In this document: positions 1 to 11,900 of the stretch, one piece after another
Layout of the letters: each line of letters opens with the position of its first letter
How positions within the stretch are numbered: position 1 is the first letter of the stretch
Source of the DNA: Lama glama
Taxonomy: Eukaryota
Length of the DNA stretch: 64,000 bases
Direction of reading: 5' to 3'
NCBI GenBank assembly: GCA_028534125.1
Contig: CM052851.1
Location: 8,680,001-8,744,000, forward strand
The notes under the pieces: model-generated
The model's database searches: none
What the model was told of the DNA's origin: nothing
Seen by the model: the letters and a program-made list of their open reading frames with translations, nothing else
Made by a program: the position numbers and the translations under genes

Positions 1-2004
1 GCCCCGGCCCCAAGCCTGTAACCCTGTGCGGCTGCAGCCTTGGGGGTGGGGAGTCTGTCCCTGATGGCTCAGTCCTGGGCATGGGTGGGCACCACGCCCC
101 ATCAGAGGCCCCAGGGCCACCCTAGCAGAGGAGGAATTAAAAGGCCAGACCCCAAGTCTCCCTGCTATCGGCTGGGGTGATTGTTGGAAATTTACTCTGA
201 TTTATGATTTGTCTTTTTATTTTTTTAAACTCTAAGAGCTACTGATTTCATTTTGCTGCTGTGTGGGACCCTCAGCAAGGGCAGGAGCCTGATGGACCCT
301 GATGAGGGATGGGAGTCATGAGGGTGAGGGAGGCCTAGCTCCCAGGTCTTTGTCCCATCTCTCAGGGTGATCATGAGATGGGAGTCTTGGTCAGGGAAAC
401 CTAGCCGACCCAGGGAGGCCATGGGCCGGTCCAGAGTCGGGGGACCATGCCTCCGAGGAGACGAAGGCACAAGCGGGCAGGCGGTCAACGCCTCAGCACA
501 CACCAGTTTTCCAAACTAGGGGTCGGAGCAGCAGGCAAGACAAGGGGAACAGGTTGGGTCTGAAGCCGGGCTTGTCCTGTAACCCCAGCTGCCCCGGCGC
601 CCATCACATTTGGCGCCTGTTTCCTGGCCAGCTCAGAGGGGCAGCAGGCAGGCAGGGCGGGGAGGGTGGGGAGGGCGCTCCAGCAGCCCCTTCCTTAGGA
701 ACGGCGCTCGCTCATGCACATGCACACACACGTCCCGCGCCAGCATGCACCACCTCCCCGCTCTGCCTCTGGGGGCTGGCAGGGTCTCCACCTCCCGACT
801 GCTTTCCCAACCCAGAAGGGAAGGAACCCCTCAAGTCAGGGCTGAGGAGGCCTCAGGCTAAGCCAGGATGGCTCCAGGGCCCCTGGCCCTCCTGGCTCCT
901 CCAGTCAGGTCCCCCCGTACCCCATTCTTGGCCCCACTTCCTGCCAACAGGACATTGGGGGTAGGAGAGAAGAAAGCCCCGCTCTCAGGAGAGCCCGGGC
1001 CAGGTGAGGACGGGAGCTGAGGGCAGTGGAGGCATGTGTGGTCCCAGACCCCAGGGCTTGGGGTGCCGAGGCCTGGGGGGAGGTGACAAAAAGGGGTTTG
1101 GTGGGGCCCTCCTTCCTCCCAGGGCACTGACTTTGCAGCCAGGGGTGGTCACATCTGTGCCCTCCACCTTTTGAGTGGCCAGGATCCCTGGGGGTAGAAG
1201 GCAGGCTGGAAAGTAATGGGCTGGCGGGGCAGGCCTGGGTACCCAGGGCCCGTCGACAGGTGTCAGCACGAGGGACATAAAGCAGAGAAGGGGGGGTCCT
1301 GACCCTACCCTCCTGCGGGCCCCTGCAGGCCCCATGACTGCCTTGGGCTCCATGGAGGGTGACCCCTACCTGCTCAGAGGGGGGCTACTGAACACATGAT
1401 TGCAGGATAGGGGGGCTTGCAAGCTCAGGACACATCCTGAGCCCAGCCCAGCAGCTTCTGTAAACATACACAGCACTGCGGGCCACCTTGGTGGAGGGGT
1501 CACCCCAGGAGACTGGTCAGCAGGCACCAGATTTTGGGGTGGCCTGGGCAGATGCCAGCCTGGACCACAGACGAGAACACGTGGGGAGGGGGCTGCTGCT
1601 TTCCATGTCAGCCCAAGGGAACAGCCAGAGGGCAGTGATGGGGGGAGTCAGCATATTCATGGCCTGGCTCGGCACAGGGGGTGCCAGGGTGCCCCTGTGG
1701 GGGGCAGTCAGGCTGAGAGGGCGGAGTATTGCCCTGCCCACGTGGTAGGTGGGCCCCAGGCTCCTCCTTGCTCCACGTTCCTCCCCGTCATTCCCTATCT
1801 GGAGGCCCAGATCCCAGCTGCCTTGGCTCTGGGGGGCTCCTAAGCTGAGGTAGGGATGCGGACCTCCAGCTCAGCAGCAGTGCCCAACGCCTGAGGCTAT
1901 GCTGGCCCCAGAGACCTTTCCTCAAAGATGCCCAGCCCAGGGACGGCCACCAGGAGCCCGAGGAGCTCTGGCCTGGGCCTCAGCTGGCAGCCGCCCCTGG
2001 GGTG
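1..2004 (-). other. DAGLA: DAGLA 3' UTR (may end near 190-200 or continue beyond the window)
   Basis: Follows the stop codon in the terminal exon; no recognisable interspersed repeats; the true 3' end cannot be determined from sequence. Confidence 0.8.
216..221 (-). terminator. Candidate polyadenylation signal AATAAA
   Basis: tttatt on + in the only AT-rich patch of the UTR; no clear GU-rich downstream element. Confidence 0.4.
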
Positions 2005-2959
2005 CTAGCGTGCCGAGATGACCAGGTCATCCTGCTTGGTGGGGCTGGCCCCGTGGCCGGTGGGGGTAGAAGTCCGGATCTTGTCCACTGCCAGGCACTC
2101 CTGGCTGCTGAGGCCCGTGGGTGTCAGGTCCATGAGCTCGCCTGAGGAGCTGAGAGGGAAGGAGGGTGACAGCGAGATGCCCGATGAGGGGTCGGCCGAG
2201 CCGGCAAAGAGCCTCGGGGGCTTGGGCACCAAGTTGGGCTCAAACTGGGCGCGGAGCAGGATCTCTTGCTGGCTGGGGGTCTTGGGGCCCTCAGCATAGT
2301 CGCTAGTGGGGCTCTCGGGCACCACCATGCAGTAGAGGTCCTGGAAGGAGCTGCTCTTGCTGTCCAGGTTGAAGAGGCTGTCGATGAACTCGGCGAACTC
2401 CAGCACCTGAGGGCTGGGCGAGTCCCCCAGGCGCCCATCATGCAGCGCCAGCTCTCCGCTGCGGGGGGCCGCCCCGCCACCCCCTTCTTCCAACTCCTCG
2501 TTGGCTGCAGCGCTGGGGGGTCGCTCAGGGGTGACGCCCCCGCTGCCCAGGGCGGCCTCCAGGGGCTGTGTGTCCTGCGAGTGCTTGGACAGGCTGTCGG
2601 CCGCCAGCAGCTCAGTGCGCGAGCTCAGGGACGGGTTCTCCTCGGGGATGGCGGGGTCGATGTAGAAGAGGTGGCCCTCGTCACGCTCCAACACGGCGTG
2701 GAGGCTGGGCGAGCCACGGATGCTGCGGAAGCCAGAGGAGCGGCGCGAGTCGAAGCTGTACAGCGACTCCGTGTCCGAGAGGCTCTCCATGGTGGCCAGC
2801 GGCGCCCTCCGCGCCTGCAGCTCAGCTGCCAGCCGCTCCTGTGTGGACAGCAGCAGCAGCTCCACTGGGTCCTGGCGGGCTGCCGAGGCTGCAGCCACTG
2901 GTGACAGCAGCCGCCCCTCCGAGAAGCCCTCCAGGCTCATCTCCGACTGGGACTTGCTC
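2005..2959 (-). CDS. DAGLA: DAGLA exon 20, coding part (955 nt): disordered regulatory C-terminal tail with PPRLF Homer-ligand motif at 2206-2220
   Basis: cccatag|GAGC; ORF 2005..3012 reads [12 protein letters not shown]...DDLVISAR followed by TAG. Confidence 0.98.
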
Positions 2960-5900
2960 CTATGGGGGGGTGGGCAGAGAGGGGTGAGACTCAGAGGGGC
3001 AGGAAGACCCACTCCCAGATCCCTGGCCAGAGGGAGCTTGGGGATGGCGAGGAGGGGAAGGTTGTTGACTGGATTAGGGGCAGGGAACCCTTATTAAAAA
3101 AAAAAAAAAACCAGCTCACAAGAACCTAAGGTAGAAGACAAGAGGGTGGATGCTGGGTTGGGCTAGGATGGGGGCCTTGCACGGGTGCCCTGTCACTGCA
3201 CCTACAGGAGACTGAGGCCCAGAGAGACTGAGAGGGAGGAAGAGAGAGCGGCCCTGCCTCTCCCATGGGGTGTAGCCCTCTGCTGGACAGGGAGCCCTGG
3301 AGCCCCTGGGTTCCGCACACCAGCCTGCAGGGAGTGAATGAAGGACGGGAGTGGAGGAGGGAGGGACATGGCAGTACACGGCAGCGAACGGATACTGGCT
3401 CCCCCACCTGGTCACAGGAAATGCACGTAAGATAGGGAGAGAGGTCTGGGTGCCCCACCAAGGGCCAGGAAGCATTGGCCACCCTTCTCAGCAGCCTGTT
3501 GGTCAGATCTGTAACCAAGACTCAGGACCTGGGTGGGAAGGGTCCCAAAGAGGTGGGAGGATCCCCACCCACCCCAGGAGCCACCACCTCAGAGTCTGAT
3601 CCCCAAGAGCACACATGCAAATGTGGGGTGTGTGTGCACCTGGGAGCGTGCGCACACCTCTGTGTTTCTGTGTGCAATGTGCATGTGTCAGCCGGCCAGC
3701 GGACATATGGGTCTGGGTGCCTGGGTCTGAGCACAGGCACACCCATCATGGGCTGCTGGTCCAAGCGTGTCCTTGTGTCTAAGTGCCTTGGCCTCTGTCT
3801 TGGTGTACGTCCTATCCGTGAGTCTGTCTGCAGGGGGCTCTGTGCACTCAGAGCTACTGTCTGTGAACACGTATACACAAGCACAAGCTTCAATACGTAT
3901 GTGTGCATGTGTGTAAGTGCACCTGTGTCCATCTGTGCGGGTCTAAATGGCTATGAGTGAATCTACGTGTTTGTGGCTGGGAGTCTGTTCATCCCTACAT
4001 GGCCCCTAGCTCACGTGGGCTTCCATGGTGGCAACCTGGGGGCAGTGGGGGCAGAGTGGAAGAGACCCCAAGCAGGGGGGCAAGTTCAATCCCTCCTCTG
4101 TGTGTGTGTGTGTGCATGCAGAGCTGCGTGAACATGCCCAGTGTGTATACAGAATGCACACGCACACAAGCATTCGTGCCGTGAAACCACACTCATGGCC
4201 CTGCTTGCGCTCCCTGGGGCGGGGCTGGGGTGGGCAGGGCTCACCTGACGCTGCTGTTTCGGTGGTCTGCGGTGGGCAGCTCCAGGGCCAGGCCAGCAGG
4301 CACGAGTGGCCCCGTGGGCAGCGGCTGCTGCTGGAAGATGAGCTCCGGAGTCAGGTCTACCTCAGTGGGGCTCACCATGACCTTCGCGGCAGAGAGCAGG
4401 GCCGTCTTCCCCTTGTTGTAGTTCTCCAGCACCTGGGGACAGGACAGGGCAGCTGGTGGTGGTGGTGGAGGGGTGACAATCACGTGTAGGGGCAGGGTGG
4501 CAGGCCAGGCCTCTCAGGCCCAGCAGAGCTTCATGGGGTGAGCTGGGCCCAACTCTCCTCCCCCCTACAGGCCCCTGCTCCTCCAGGAAGGTCGGGGATG
4601 GGCCCTGCAGTCGTGCCTTACCCCACAGATGGGCAAGGTTGGAGCTTTCCTTCCCGGTGGCCAGCCTTTCCATGGCCGGGTGATGGCCAAGGCTGCCTCT
4701 GCTTGGCTGTGCATCTGCCAAGTGCCAAGGGAGCCTTCAGGACTGAGGGACAGGTGCATGGGAGTCTCCTAGCTCCTCCCCACCCGGGCCCATGAGGCAG
4801 TGTGGACAGAGCGGCTGGGACACAACGCTCACCTTGTTGAGCCCCTCCATGACCACGTAGGGGAGGTGCTCGTGCAGCATGGCCGGCGAGATGATCACCT
4901 CGTTGAAGGCCTTGTTGTCGCCCCAGATGGCAAAGTACGTGGGCTCCTCCTGTTCACAGCAGCTGAGGGGCACAGGGGCCAAGGGGGAGCGGGGGATAGG
5001 TGGCAGCCTGGCCTCAGCCCTCAGGCCCCTGGCTCTGCTCTCTGCCCTTGCTAAGCAGGCCAGGCCAATGTCCCTGGGTTCCCTGCTTCTGCCTCACCCC
5101 AGCCGGGAACGTTTACATCACAGAGAGCTAGAAAGGCTGCCCTTGAAGCTCAGCCCTGATACCGACACAGCCTTCTACCTGCTGGTGGCCTGGGCCACAC
5201 CTGCTCCACCCCAGGCAGAGTCCCAGCTCACAAGCCTTTTGTCTGGGGAGGCAGCCCGACCCTTTGAAAGCAGCAGCGGGGAGAAGTCTCTGTACCCGCC
5301 CTCTCCATTTCTCTCTCCTGCCCCCACCAGCTGTCAACTGATCCCAGCAGTGATGCCAAGTGACAACTGAGATGTGAGCTGGCCAGGGCCTTAGGGTGAC
5401 CCTCTAGGGTGATCTGCTTTTAAATAGACTGCAAGTGGGAAGGGACTATCAAGAGAGGAGCCTAGAGTCCTGCTCTCGGCTGGCCTGTTCATTTCCAGGG
5501 CCCAAGGCTAGGGCAACCCCACCTTGGGGGCCCTGAGCCATAGTCTCTCAGTCTCCACTCCCAGCCCCATCCCCCACTTCCCTGGAGAACACACCCCCTG
5601 CCCTGGCTGCTGCCACCTCCCAGCTGACCACGGCTGCGGGTGACACCTACCAGCACTGCTCTGCTGGGTGGTTGTGGACAACGTGGATGATGCGGCCAGG
5701 AGGGTAGAGAGGGGTGCTGGCTGACAGGGCAATGGTCAGGTCACTGGGGTGGGTCCAGAGCCGCGTGCTGGCCAGGGTGGTCACTTCCACCTCCTCGGGC
5801 AGCTCCGACTTGGGAATGCATTTGGTGGCCCCCACAATGATTCGCCACTGTTGGGGCAGGGGAAAGAGGGGGACGGAGCTGAGCAGCGTGGGCCGGGTGG

Positions 5901-8900
5901 GCAGGGGCCGGGGGTGCCCAGGAGGGCTCACAGGTAATAGGGGAGCTGGGATGGCCACAGGGCAGAGTGAAAGGCAGAGCCCAGTGAAGAGGCCAGGGTG
6001 GAGGGGTACCTCGGCCACAGTTGCCAAACAGGGGCCTAGGACGGATGACGTGGAATGGTTGAACTTCAGGGCTGGAAGACGGGTCAACCCCTTAACAGTA
6101 GAGGGGAAAGAGGCGCAGAGAAGGGAGAGGACTGGCTCTAGGTCATTTCATAAGTCAGAGGCAGAACAGACCCCAAATCTCAGTCCAGCTGCACCTACCA
6201 GGCCCAGCCACGTCTGAATTGGTTCCCTGCCACCTCCTCCTGGGCCTGGCAAGTGCCCAGGACTGGGCCCAAGGGGAGCAGTCCTAAAGCTGGAACAAGG
6301 CTCCTCCAGACAGACGTGGTCCCATAAGGCTCTACTGACTGCCCACCCCTGGCACCTGGTACCTGGCCCAGGGCCCTGCTTGCCAGAGGGTTATAGGCAC
6401 CAAGGCCCAACTGGGCTGACACGGTGAGTAGGGCACAGAGGCCCCACTGGTCCAGGTTGGCCACCTCCTGCCTGTCTCACAGTGCCTGGCCACAGCACGC
6501 CCACCTCCCGCCTGGCACACTGAGGGCTAGTTTGCTACAGGAAGAGGCCCCCTCCCAACCTGGTGTCCTCTGCAGGCCTGATGAGGGATTACAAAGGGCT
6601 GGGTCTCTCCTCCCAGCTGCAGGAAAAACCAGAACAAACTGCCCTCAGATCCCCTCCACAGGCAGCATCCAGCCTCCCGAGTCTAGGGAATCACCGCGGG
6701 CTTTGGAGGAGGCCTTGCTGTCACACTCGGAGCACTGAGCCTTGGGGCCTGCTCTGATCTGACTGTAGGCAGCTCTGTGTGACAAGAGCCAGGACTCGGG
6801 AGCCCTCGGTTCCAGTCCTGACTCCGTTCCAACTTGCTGTGTGAACAAAAGAAAGTCCCTTGCCCACCCAGGGCCTCAGTTTCCCTATCTGGACAAGGAC
6901 AGGCAAGGCGCAGACGGGATGAGCTTGGGGATGCTGAGGGTCTGGTGGCCTGAGGTGCCTGTGACACCACCCACAACCCAGCATGGCCTCACATGGCGGG
7001 GGCCTCGTGTGCTTTGCACCAAGGGACAGGCAGGGCACAAGACAGATGGGGAGCCCATGCCCCAGGCGCACCCGGGCAGGAGGGAGGGGAGTGAACTCAC
7101 TTTGGGTTTGGTGCTTCGCTGCAGGACGTCCAGAAGCTGTCTGCGGAAGCCTTCCAGCTGGGAGAGGCCGATCCTGGGGGAAGGAGCAAGGCGGGTGTCA
7201 GCCTGGGCTGGCCAGGGACCGGGAGAGGGGCTGGGGGAGGGGGCAGCAGGGCCACCAGGAACAAGGAGACCAGACCATCAGGGGCACGGGGTGGGTGGAG
7301 GAGAGTCTGCCACCCGGCAGGGCCCAGCCAGGAAGAGGAGGCCAGGCAGGGTGGGTCCACCTTGTCCTCTCACCCTGGACACCTGAGGGGGGCACTCTGG
7401 GGTCCCTCGAGGAGGTGGGAATCTGAGTGGAGAGACGGGGCACCAGGGTGAGGCCCTGTGGCGGGAGGGGCAGCCCAGTCCAGGACAGTGGCGGGGGTGA
7501 CTTGCCTGGGGACAAGGTCTTTGCCCAGAACCACAGCCGTCACAAACTCCTTGGAGTACTCCATGGCGTCCTCACTGCAAGGGAAGCCAAAGGGACGCGA
7601 AGGTAGGGGAGGGGCTGCGGTGTTCCTGAGGGGACCCTGGGCTGCCTGCTCCCTGCCCCGCCTTTCCTATCAGAAAGGCTTTGCTGGGGCTAGATCCCAG
7701 GGGCTGCTTGGCATCTGACAGAGCCCCCCTTCACGTGCCAGGAAGCCAGACTGCCCGGTCCAGCCCCAGCCCCAGCCAGCTCCCAGCCCTGTCCAGCCCT
7801 TAGCCCCCACCCACCCCAGGCAACTCTGAGGCCCCAGACTGCTCACCTCAGCAGGCCCCCTGGTGGGGAGTAGGCAAAGCACTTGAGGGTCGGGTACTGG
7901 GGGCGCAGGAGGAAGGAGAGGATGGCAGCGGTGCCTGCACCCAGGGAGTGGCCCACCACAATCAGGCCATAGTGTTTCGTTCCACGGCCCTGGGGACCGA
8001 GAGAAGCCCTGAGAGCCCTGCCCCACTGCCTGCCAAGCTGACTGTCTCAGCTGATACCAGGGAGGCAGAGGGGTCTCCCCCAGAGTCCTGGGATCATGTC
8101 TATGCTGTGTGGCTGCTGGGGCAGAGGAAGAGCCAAACTAGGTCCCCACAGAGCAACTTCTTGGGGAGACTAACAAACTCTTACTCATCCTTCAAAACGC
8201 TACTCAGAGGTTACCTCCTTGGAGAAGCCTTCCTGATTTTTCAGGAGAGGCTCGCTTCCTCCTAGATACCGCATCTGTACCTGGGATAGACCTTTTTTCT
8301 TTTTCTCCCCGCCCCTTTTTTTTTAATGGAGGTACTGGAGACTGAACCCAGGACCTCGCACATGCTAGGTGCACTACCACTGAGCTATACCCACCCCCCT
8401 GGGATAGACCTTTATATATAGTGATTACACTCTATTACAATCATTTGGTCACCTGCTCTCATTCCTGTTCCCCAACTAGACTGGGGTCTCCTGAGGCCAG
8501 GAACTGCTTGGCTTTGGGAAGGGCATTTGGCAGCACCTCAGGAGCTGCCTGCTGGCCCAGGGAGGAGTGTACAGTGGGCAGGGCCCAGATCACCCCCAAC
8601 CAGAGCAGCACCCCTTCTATCTGCTCTGCTATCATCCTCTTTGTTCATTCAGCTCTACATTTTGGAAGCCCCTGGCCCAAGCCATCTTTGTGCTCCCGGT
8701 GCCTGGCACAGAGTGGGTGCTCATAGCTGGGTGGGGTGGAGCAGAGGTGTCCAAGAAGAGCTGGTACAAGAGAAGAAAGGGTCAGAGGGGATGGGAGGGC
8801 CTGGGCAAGTGAGGAGGGGGCTGGGAGCCAGGGATCGCAGGAGAGTGTAGCGGCTCCATCATCACCAGTCCTGTCCCCAGTCTGCTGCCCTGGGGGAGCG

Positions 8901-11900
8901 AGAGCTGGGCTGGGCGAGGGCTTATGGCACGGAACATGCTTTACCAGGTCTCGCCCGAAGGCCTGAGATAGGACCATTTCCTGTTCCAGCTTCTTCTTGA
9001 TGTACTCAGCCGAGAGGACCATTCCCTGGGTGGGGAGGAACAGAGACGGGTATCACAGGGAGCGAGGGTGGGGCCTCTCGGGGACCAGCAAAACCATGGT
9101 GACACGAAGCTCACCAATCCTGCCCTGCTCATTTCCCACATTGGTTCTCAGAACCACCTGGCTGTGGGGGTCGGTAGACACTTTATCATATCATCTTCAT
9201 TTCACAGATGAGAAAACTGAGGCTCAGAAAGATTATGTGTCTAATAGAAACCAGTGAGAGCTCTTCCCAGTTGCTTCCTCAAACTCTTGGTGGGACAAGA
9301 TCTGGGCCGAGCAGGGCTGTGGGGGTTCTGGCAGGTAGGGGGCAGTGGCTCTTCCAGACAAATCCATGCCTCTCTGACCAATCTCTCCCGGTGAGCCCAG
9401 GGAACCCAGAGGATCCCCCACCCCAACAACAGGACTGGCCTGCATCCTGGCAGGGGAGGAAAAGCCAGGGGCCGTCTGAGGCCCATGAGGAGGGGTACCT
9501 TGTGTCCTAGCCAGGTGCCATGGTGCCCCTCCACGGGGAGGCGCTCGGCATCACCAGTCAGGTCTGTCAGGGCATCCTGGTGGGGAGAGAGGATGGTGAG
9601 GAGGGGGGCTGAGAACAGGAAAGGGAGGTGGGCGCCCCTCGGGGGCTGTGAGCGGGCCCATGGGGTGGGCTGGGAACACTAGGCAGCATACCTTGGGGGA
9701 CAGGGTTCCCCGGATACTGATCACCACCTTCTTCTTGTCATGGTCCACTGCCACATAGAAGGGGGTTTCATAGACCTAGGAGAAGGGCGGCTCATGAACC
9801 TGAATGGCCCCTGGGATGGGGCCAGACTCAGGGAAGAGACCTAAGCAGGTCTTCTTTACGGCCAGCGAATCTAGCTCTACTGGCCACTGGGCCCCTGATG
9901 CCTGCTAGGCTCCTGGGGTTCCCGGTGGCCACAGTAGGTCCCTCCCAACCCAGCACACAGCCTACCACCCCCCCCAACTCTTCTGAACGGGGCAGTCCTG
10001 AGTGCTGCCATCCTGCCTGCTGAATCGAGAGGGGCTGCCCCCTCCCTAGTGCCTCACTGCTTCTTCCCTCAATTCCTTCCCCGAAAGGCTGGGGCCAGGA
10101 AGCCTCAACACTGGGTGTGGGGTTGGGGTCCACTTCCTAGCCCCAGAGCGGGTGCAGGCCAGGATGTGGGGAGGAGGGAGCCCATCTCTGGTCTGCCCAG
10201 CCAGGGAAGGCCTGGAGGCTGTCACCGGCCATGCCAGCCAAGCACCGGCTCATGCTGCCGGGGGACAGCATGGACACCCCAGGCCCCAGCCCCGCCTGCC
10301 CCCTGCAGCCTGCAAGGCTGGGGGATGCCACATACCAGCCTGGCCCAGCCCGCCCTGGCCCCTCACCGCATCGTGGCAGGAGGTATAGACAATGTCCACC
10401 GCGGTCATGTTCTCGTCCAGGAAGTGGCGCCGGATGGCAATGGCGTTGCAGCCACAGCAGTTGTCTTCCTCAATGGTAACTCCAGGAGCAAACCGGGGCC
10501 TTGCGGGGCACAAGCAGCACCTGGCGGGGTGGCCAAGGGTTCAGAGCCAGGGACCCCAACAGAGCAACGGTTTCTGTGCCCCCTTTCTCTCTAGAACCTG
10601 CCCCGCCCCCTCTCAAAGCCTCCCTTGCAAAGCCCCACCAGCCTGTTCTCAGCCATCATCTCACTCAGCTTCTTGGTAGCAGGTAACCCAAGGGGTCTCT
10701 CCCTCCCCCTTGAAAGTCTCTCTCCATTCAGCCGGAGGCACCCTCTCTCCTGGATTGCTTCTCCCACACGGGCAGCTCCTCAGCCTCATCCTCTCCCTGA
10801 GGACCCAGGGATCAGCCCTGAACCTCCTTTGTAGTGACACCCACTCCTGTGGGGCCCTCACCCAGTCTTGGGCTTTACATATCACCTATGTGCTAATAAG
10901 CCCCCCAGACCTGCTCTCATCCAGCCACCTATGCAGCACCTCCTCCCAGATGTCCCACAGGACTGCAACCTCTCCAGGACCTGGTCCCTGAGGCCCTGCC
11001 CCTGGGCCCCAGCAGTCGCCCACACCTGGCCACTCAGTGCTCAGCCCCATGTTCGGAGCCATCGGGTCCAACCCACCTCACATGCCACACCCAGCTGATC
11101 AGCACATCCATTAACTCTGCCTTCAAATTCAAATCTGGACTCGGACCCCTTCCCCACCTCTACCCCCAGCCCAGCTCCAAGTCACGTTATCCCTGCTTTG
11201 GAGGCCGGTCTGACTGGTCTCCTGGTTTATACTTGCCTCCTATGTTCTCAACTTGGCAGCTACAGTGACCCTTTAAGATATAAGTCAGGCCATGTGACTG
11301 CGCTCAAAACCCTATGATGCAGGCACGACGTTGTAAACTGACTATAACTCAATAAAAAGAAATGTTCAAAAAAACCCCAAAAAACCCTAAGATGCCGCCC
11401 TTCCTGCCCAGTGTAAAAGCCAGAGTCCTTGCAAGGGCCCAGGCCCAACCTCCCCAACATCTGGCCCTGGTTCTCTGGCCTGTTGCCTCCGCTTCCCCTC
11501 GGATGCGTTGGCCATGTTCCTGCCTCAGCGTCTGCATCAAGGTTCCCTCTGTCTGGAATGCTCTTCTCCCGGGTACCATGTGGCCAGATTCCTCACTTCC
11601 TTCAGGCCTCTGCTCAAATGTTCTAACTTATGGTGAGGGCCGCCTTGGCCACCTCATCTGACACAGCCAGCCCCTGCCCAGTGTTTCCCAGCCTGACAAC
11701 ACAGCCAGCCTGATTTTTCTCCAAAATGCCCATGTGCTCCAATGGGTATCTTTCCTTGTCTCTGCCGCCCCACCAGGTGGTGGGCTCCATGGGGCAGGGT
11801 TTGCTCTGCTTGGTTCAGTTATGGCCCCAACACCAAAAACAGTGCCAGGCACATAGCAGGTTTCCCAGAAATGAATGGGTGCAGCTGCTGCTCATGCCAC

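Noticed and set aside
1995-2007. Possible stop-codon readthrough (TAG C)
   Set aside because: Not the strong UGA-CUAG context; no evidence for a conserved extension
2018-3097. Plus-strand ORFs of 93-212 aa antisense to exon 20
   Set aside because: Shadow ORFs from GC-rich codon usage of the real exon
3090-3112. ATTAAA plus poly-A run in intron 19
   Set aside because: On the strand opposite DAGLA, with no retrocopy body or TSD; a simple homopolymer
8330-8397. tRNA-like sequence with A and B boxes (also at 62960-63035)
   Set aside because: Has an A-tail and, for this copy, a TSD, and lacks a proper cloverleaf: a SINE, not a tRNA gene
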